In this document: positions 33,142 to 33,561 of the stretch, piece after piece
How positions within the stretch are numbered: position 1 is the stretch's first letter
How the letters are laid out: every line of letters begins with the position of its first letter
Assembly: GCA_002413185.1 (NCBI GenBank)
Contig: DHWM01000197.1
Coordinates: 2,081-35,641, forward strand
DNA length: 33,561 nt
Direction of reading: 5' to 3'
Origin: Actinobacteria bacterium UBA5182
GTDB lineage: Bacteria; Actinomycetota; UBA4738
The notes under the pieces: generated by a model
What the model was told of the DNA's origin: nothing
Seen by the model: only the letters and a program-made list of their open reading frames with translations
Database searches by the model: none
Position numbers and translations under genes: made by a program

Positions 33142-33217
33142 GTTCAGTCCGTCCGGGAATAGCCTCTCGCCAGGTTCCGTTGACGGTCTTGTTGAGGGCC
33201 CGAGATAGGAGAGACAC

Positions 33218-33561
33218 GTGCCTGAACAGCTCGATACGAAGATCCTTCCTTTGCTTCCGCTGAACACCGGCGTCGTCCTGCCTGGCATGGTGGTCACGCT
33301 CACGCTCGAGACCCCCGAGGCTCGGGCGGCCGTGCACGCCGCCCGGACCGCCGAGGACACCCTCCTTCTGGTTCCGCGGCGGGAGAACGGGTCCTACGCT
33401 CGCGTCGGGACCGTCGCGCACATCGAGGAGATGGGGCGCACCCCCGGCGGGACCGAGGCCATCGTGATCCGCGGTCTCCACCGGGCCACCATCGGCTCGG
33501 GGATCGCCGGCACCGGCGACGCCACGTGGGTTCAGTTCGACCCTCGGCCCGACGACCCCGC
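33218..33561 (+). CDS. lon: Lon protease (endopeptidase La), N-terminal part; runs off the right edge
   Basis: GTG 33218 lies behind GATAGGAGAGA. (M)PEQLDTKILPLLPLNTGVVLPGMVVTLTLETPEARAAV...YARVGTVAHIEEM...EAIVIRGLHRATI is the LON substrate-binding N-domain signature. The frame is open to the window end. Confidence 0.85.
   Translation, partial: MPEQLDTKILPLLPLNTGVVLPGMVVTLTLETPEARAAVHAARTAEDTLLLVPRRENGSYARVGTVAHIEEMGRTPGGTEAIVIRGLHRATIGSGIAGTGDATWVQFDPRPDDP

Noticed and set aside
1-33561. Search for CRISPR arrays, tRNA/rRNA genes, transposases, integrases, prophage genes or long direct/inverted repeats
   Set aside because: I found none by eye. The intergenic regions are short and hold no cloverleaf-like or repeat-spacer structure. 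The only exact repeat of 15 nt or more that I noticed is internal to the propeller gene.

Overview
This is a high-GC, actinobacterium-like chromosomal segment that is densely coding on both strands. I saw no rRNA, tRNA, CRISPR array, transposase or integrase.

Left third: a DUF2207-like protein, an EamA/DMT transporter, YqgE/AlgH, an ATP-dependent DNA ligase with an ATGA-coupled TfoX-N ORF, glutamate decarboxylase, a truncated GT39 remnant, a two-gene membrane operon, an SRPBCC protein, a sulfotransferase, and a large secreted protein of unknown function.

Middle: a small-molecule and redox neighbourhood holding three VOC/glyoxalase proteins, a Tag-like glycosylase, an M20 amidohydrolase GTGA-coupled to an F420-type LLM oxidoreductase, OsmC, and an NADPH-F420-reductase-like protein. 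A frame-broken beta-propeller lipoprotein gene follows.

The dominant organised unit is a 10-gene, same-strand block at 17029-27043. It runs M24 hydrolase, TPP-dependent E1 alpha, E1 beta, LacI regulator, Liv-type binding protein, LivH, LivM, LivG, LivF, then a beta-hydroxyacid dehydrogenase. Three LacI-type palindromes (TGCAAnCnnTTGCA) punctuate it. No E2 or E3 component is present.

Right end: a patch of gene remnants (ABM and AlkZ fragments) around an intact GYD gene and a small acidic ORF, then a two-domain VOC protein, a GH5 glycosidase, and a frame-broken NHL propeller. Next comes a two-gene module in which a HARE-HTH protein sits in the antitoxin position upstream of an intact PIN (VapC-like) gene. 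The window ends with a HAIR-like element and the 5' end of lon.

Five frame disruptions are each repairable by +/-1 nt in a short homopolymer. Assembly error versus true gene decay must therefore be resolved before any of these genes is called a pseudogene.
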